64,000 nt of DNA. It comes from Lepidodermella squamata (lineage: Eukaryota; Animalia; Gastrotricha). The notes beneath the pieces are model-generated. The model made no database searches. It worked only from the letters and a program-made list of their open reading frames with translations, and was not told the origin of the DNA. Positions 61,989 through 64,000 of the stretch are shown here, in pieces (within the stretch, counting starts at the first letter, position 1; the number at the start of each line of letters is the position of its first letter). The translations under genes were made by a program, and so were the position numbers. The stretch spans positions 4,402,001-4,466,000 of the forward strand of contig JBLDXI010000009.1 in the NCBI GenBank assembly GCA_047495785.1, written 5' to 3'.

Positions 61989-63169
61989 CTACTCGTCATC
62001 ATCATCGTCAGGATTTTGCGTTGTAGAAGATGGCCGAGTGCCGAGTACGGTCTCTTTGATCCATGGGATAGCCGCGCACATCTAAAATAGCAAAATTACA
62101 GGCATTCTGCAGACTAAGGATTGATTCCTTACTCTTGCGTATACTGTGGGAAGGCGCCCAGAGGTGTCATTGTCCGTGCATGATTTGCTGTCATCTCCGT
62201 AATTCGCGATTCCGAGGAGATAGGAAGTATCACTAACCCCATCTCCGCAAATCAAAGGCCCTCCCTGCTCACTAACACAGATGTCACCAAATCCTGAGCC
62301 ACCAGCGCAAATTGTTGCTCCAGTTGCAATACTCGCTGATTTCCACGCACTGCAGGCTGCATAGTTGAAAACGGGTATCAAGGCCTTTCTCACAGCATCT
62401 TTAACAGGACAATTTTTTAGAAATCATGGAGAAAGTTCGGAGTTGGGCATACCTCTTCCAAGACCCCATCCAAATGATGTCGCGAGTGATCGACATCCAT
62501 CTATGGGGAGAGTGGAGCTGTTGTATGGATTACTGCAATAGCCATCCTTCGGAAGGGGTATCAAGTTGATGTATTCCAGCTGGTCTATGCTTAACTGCTC
62601 GTTAAGGCGAATGATAGCGAAACTATAAGTAGGATTAGCGCTTCCGTAGTTAGGATGGATGAAGAGTGATCTTGAATCAACGGTTTGCACGACTTCGAAC
62701 AGAACTCTATCGTCCAAGTTGTATTTTCCAAGAGACACCTTCACCCTGCAAGATCGTAAATGCATTTGACTATCAAATAAATCCGGAAAACACCCACGTT
62801 TTTGCAAGCTGTCCTCGTTGCTTAACACATTGGGCTGCAGTGATGACCCATTGTCTCCCAATTAGAACCGCTCCACATGGATACACATCGCCGGGGGACG
62901 ATTCAAACGAACTCTCGATATGGCTCTAGGAAAGCAAAAATGCATGAAATTGCCAGCTAAGTACTGTTACTAACCAGCCATTTTGTTTGGCCACGCGTGG
63001 CAGGTTTTGCTACTTGGCGGGTTAATGAGGCATTGTTACGACCATAATTAGCGCCTGCGTTATCAACTCGCGATCGTGATGACAAATTTACTGGCAGCAA
63101 CTGACCAGAGCAAAGGTCACAGCCAAATATGAACGACAGCAGCAGAGTCAGAACGTGGAAGCCGTGCAT
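61989..63169 (-). CDS. Trypsin-like serine protease homolog, non-catalytic; exons 63169-62975, 62925-62798, 62745-62453, 62398-62133, 62081-61989
   Basis: Signal peptide; CGAVLI..QWVITAAQC, IHPNY....YSFAIIRL, GWG, ICAG, C.SEQGGPLIC, P.VYAR..AAIPWI; catalytic H/D/S replaced by Q/S/Q. Confidence 0.85.
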
Positions 63170-63629
63170 TTTTTCGAGCAATTCAACCAACACAAATGAC
63201 GTGGTAGCTAATTTTCTCGTGCACAAAAACACTTTCCAACAGAACGAGGCGTTACTAATCTCACGTTAATCATGTGCAGGAAAAACTGGTCTAATTTATC
63301 CAGGCTAACCGAAAAAAATACGACAGGGTGGCGCAAATGTCGTAGTTTATTCTTGCCGTGAAGCAATTTCCCCGATTACATATAAAAAAAACAGGCATCA
63401 AATGCTTTCAATATTTGTTGTGTTAAGCATCTATAACCGATCACCGGCTCTATGTTCTTGCTAAAAAGATTGAGTAAACCGGAATTCCTAATAATGATGG
63501 TTGATCGGCGGCAGTAAAGATTCGCACACTGAGCGAGAAAACAAAAGCCTATAAGACAGTTATACACAGAAAGATGATGATGAGAGAATGTATCTATCAA
63601 GCCGAGATATATGATTTTTCATCCATCCT

Positions 63630-64000
63630 CTATTCCGTTTGGTCCCAAGCTGGGAAAGCACCATCTGGCTGACCCTCTGGCGGCGGCGGCGCGGTGGTTG
63701 TTGTTCGCGGGGCTCGAGCGGTGGCAGCAACAACGCGGCGAGTTGTTACCTGTTGTTGGCGCTGGTAGTACGCATCGACTGACGTAGTAGTGTCGCGAAT
63801 CCAGGGCAGAGCAGCGCAGATCTATAATGAATCATGCAACAGTTTTTCCCGACTGAAATTCAGGGCTTACGCGTCCGTAGATAGCTGGCAGACGTTTCGA
63901 GGCATCGAGGGCGCAGTTGTTGGTTGTATCACCGTAATTGGCGATTCCGAGAAGGAACCAGTTGTCTTCGTCATCACGGCACATCAGAGGGCCGCCGCGC
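63630..64000 (-). CDS. 3' part of a second trypsin-like protease homolog; exons >64000-63871, 63821-63630
   Basis: RGGPLMC...W.LLGIANYG....C.......PAIYGR|ICAALPWI; same intron position as its neighbour; catalytic Ser position is Arg. Confidence 0.8.

Overview
Compact invertebrate (metazoan) genomic DNA: AT-rich intergenic sequence, mostly 50-60 nt GT-AG introns and many non-autonomous DNA transposons. Recognisable genes: the 3' part of a polycystin-1-like gene (GPS, PLAT, channel), an intronless class C (GABA-B-like) GPCR, a Cdc25 phosphatase catalytic exon, three tandem two-pore-domain (K2P) K+ channels interleaved with two secreted Thr/Lys-rich peptide genes, two tandem 4-TM protein genes, an integrin alpha, a two-sushi secreted protein and two catalytically dead trypsin-like proteins. 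The main unexplained structure is a ~33 kb minus-strand cluster (6.1-38.8 kb) of an unrecognised small-protein family: 10 intact ORFs of about 100-160 aa, one frameshifted copy and one 3' fragment. Members share an N-terminal TP site, an F-x-C box (often RVxF-like), (K/M)RD repeats, a CPxCGGxC knuckle and a terminal PR(R/K/Q)LF motif resembling a cyclin-docking (Cy/RxL) site. They surround a Cdc25 catalytic exon for which I could not find a 5' exon. Several copies also share an upstream cis-element and a 5'-UTR intron. My inference is a lineage-specific cell-cycle (cyclin-CDK/PP1/Cdc25) regulator cluster; no database search could be run to confirm novelty.
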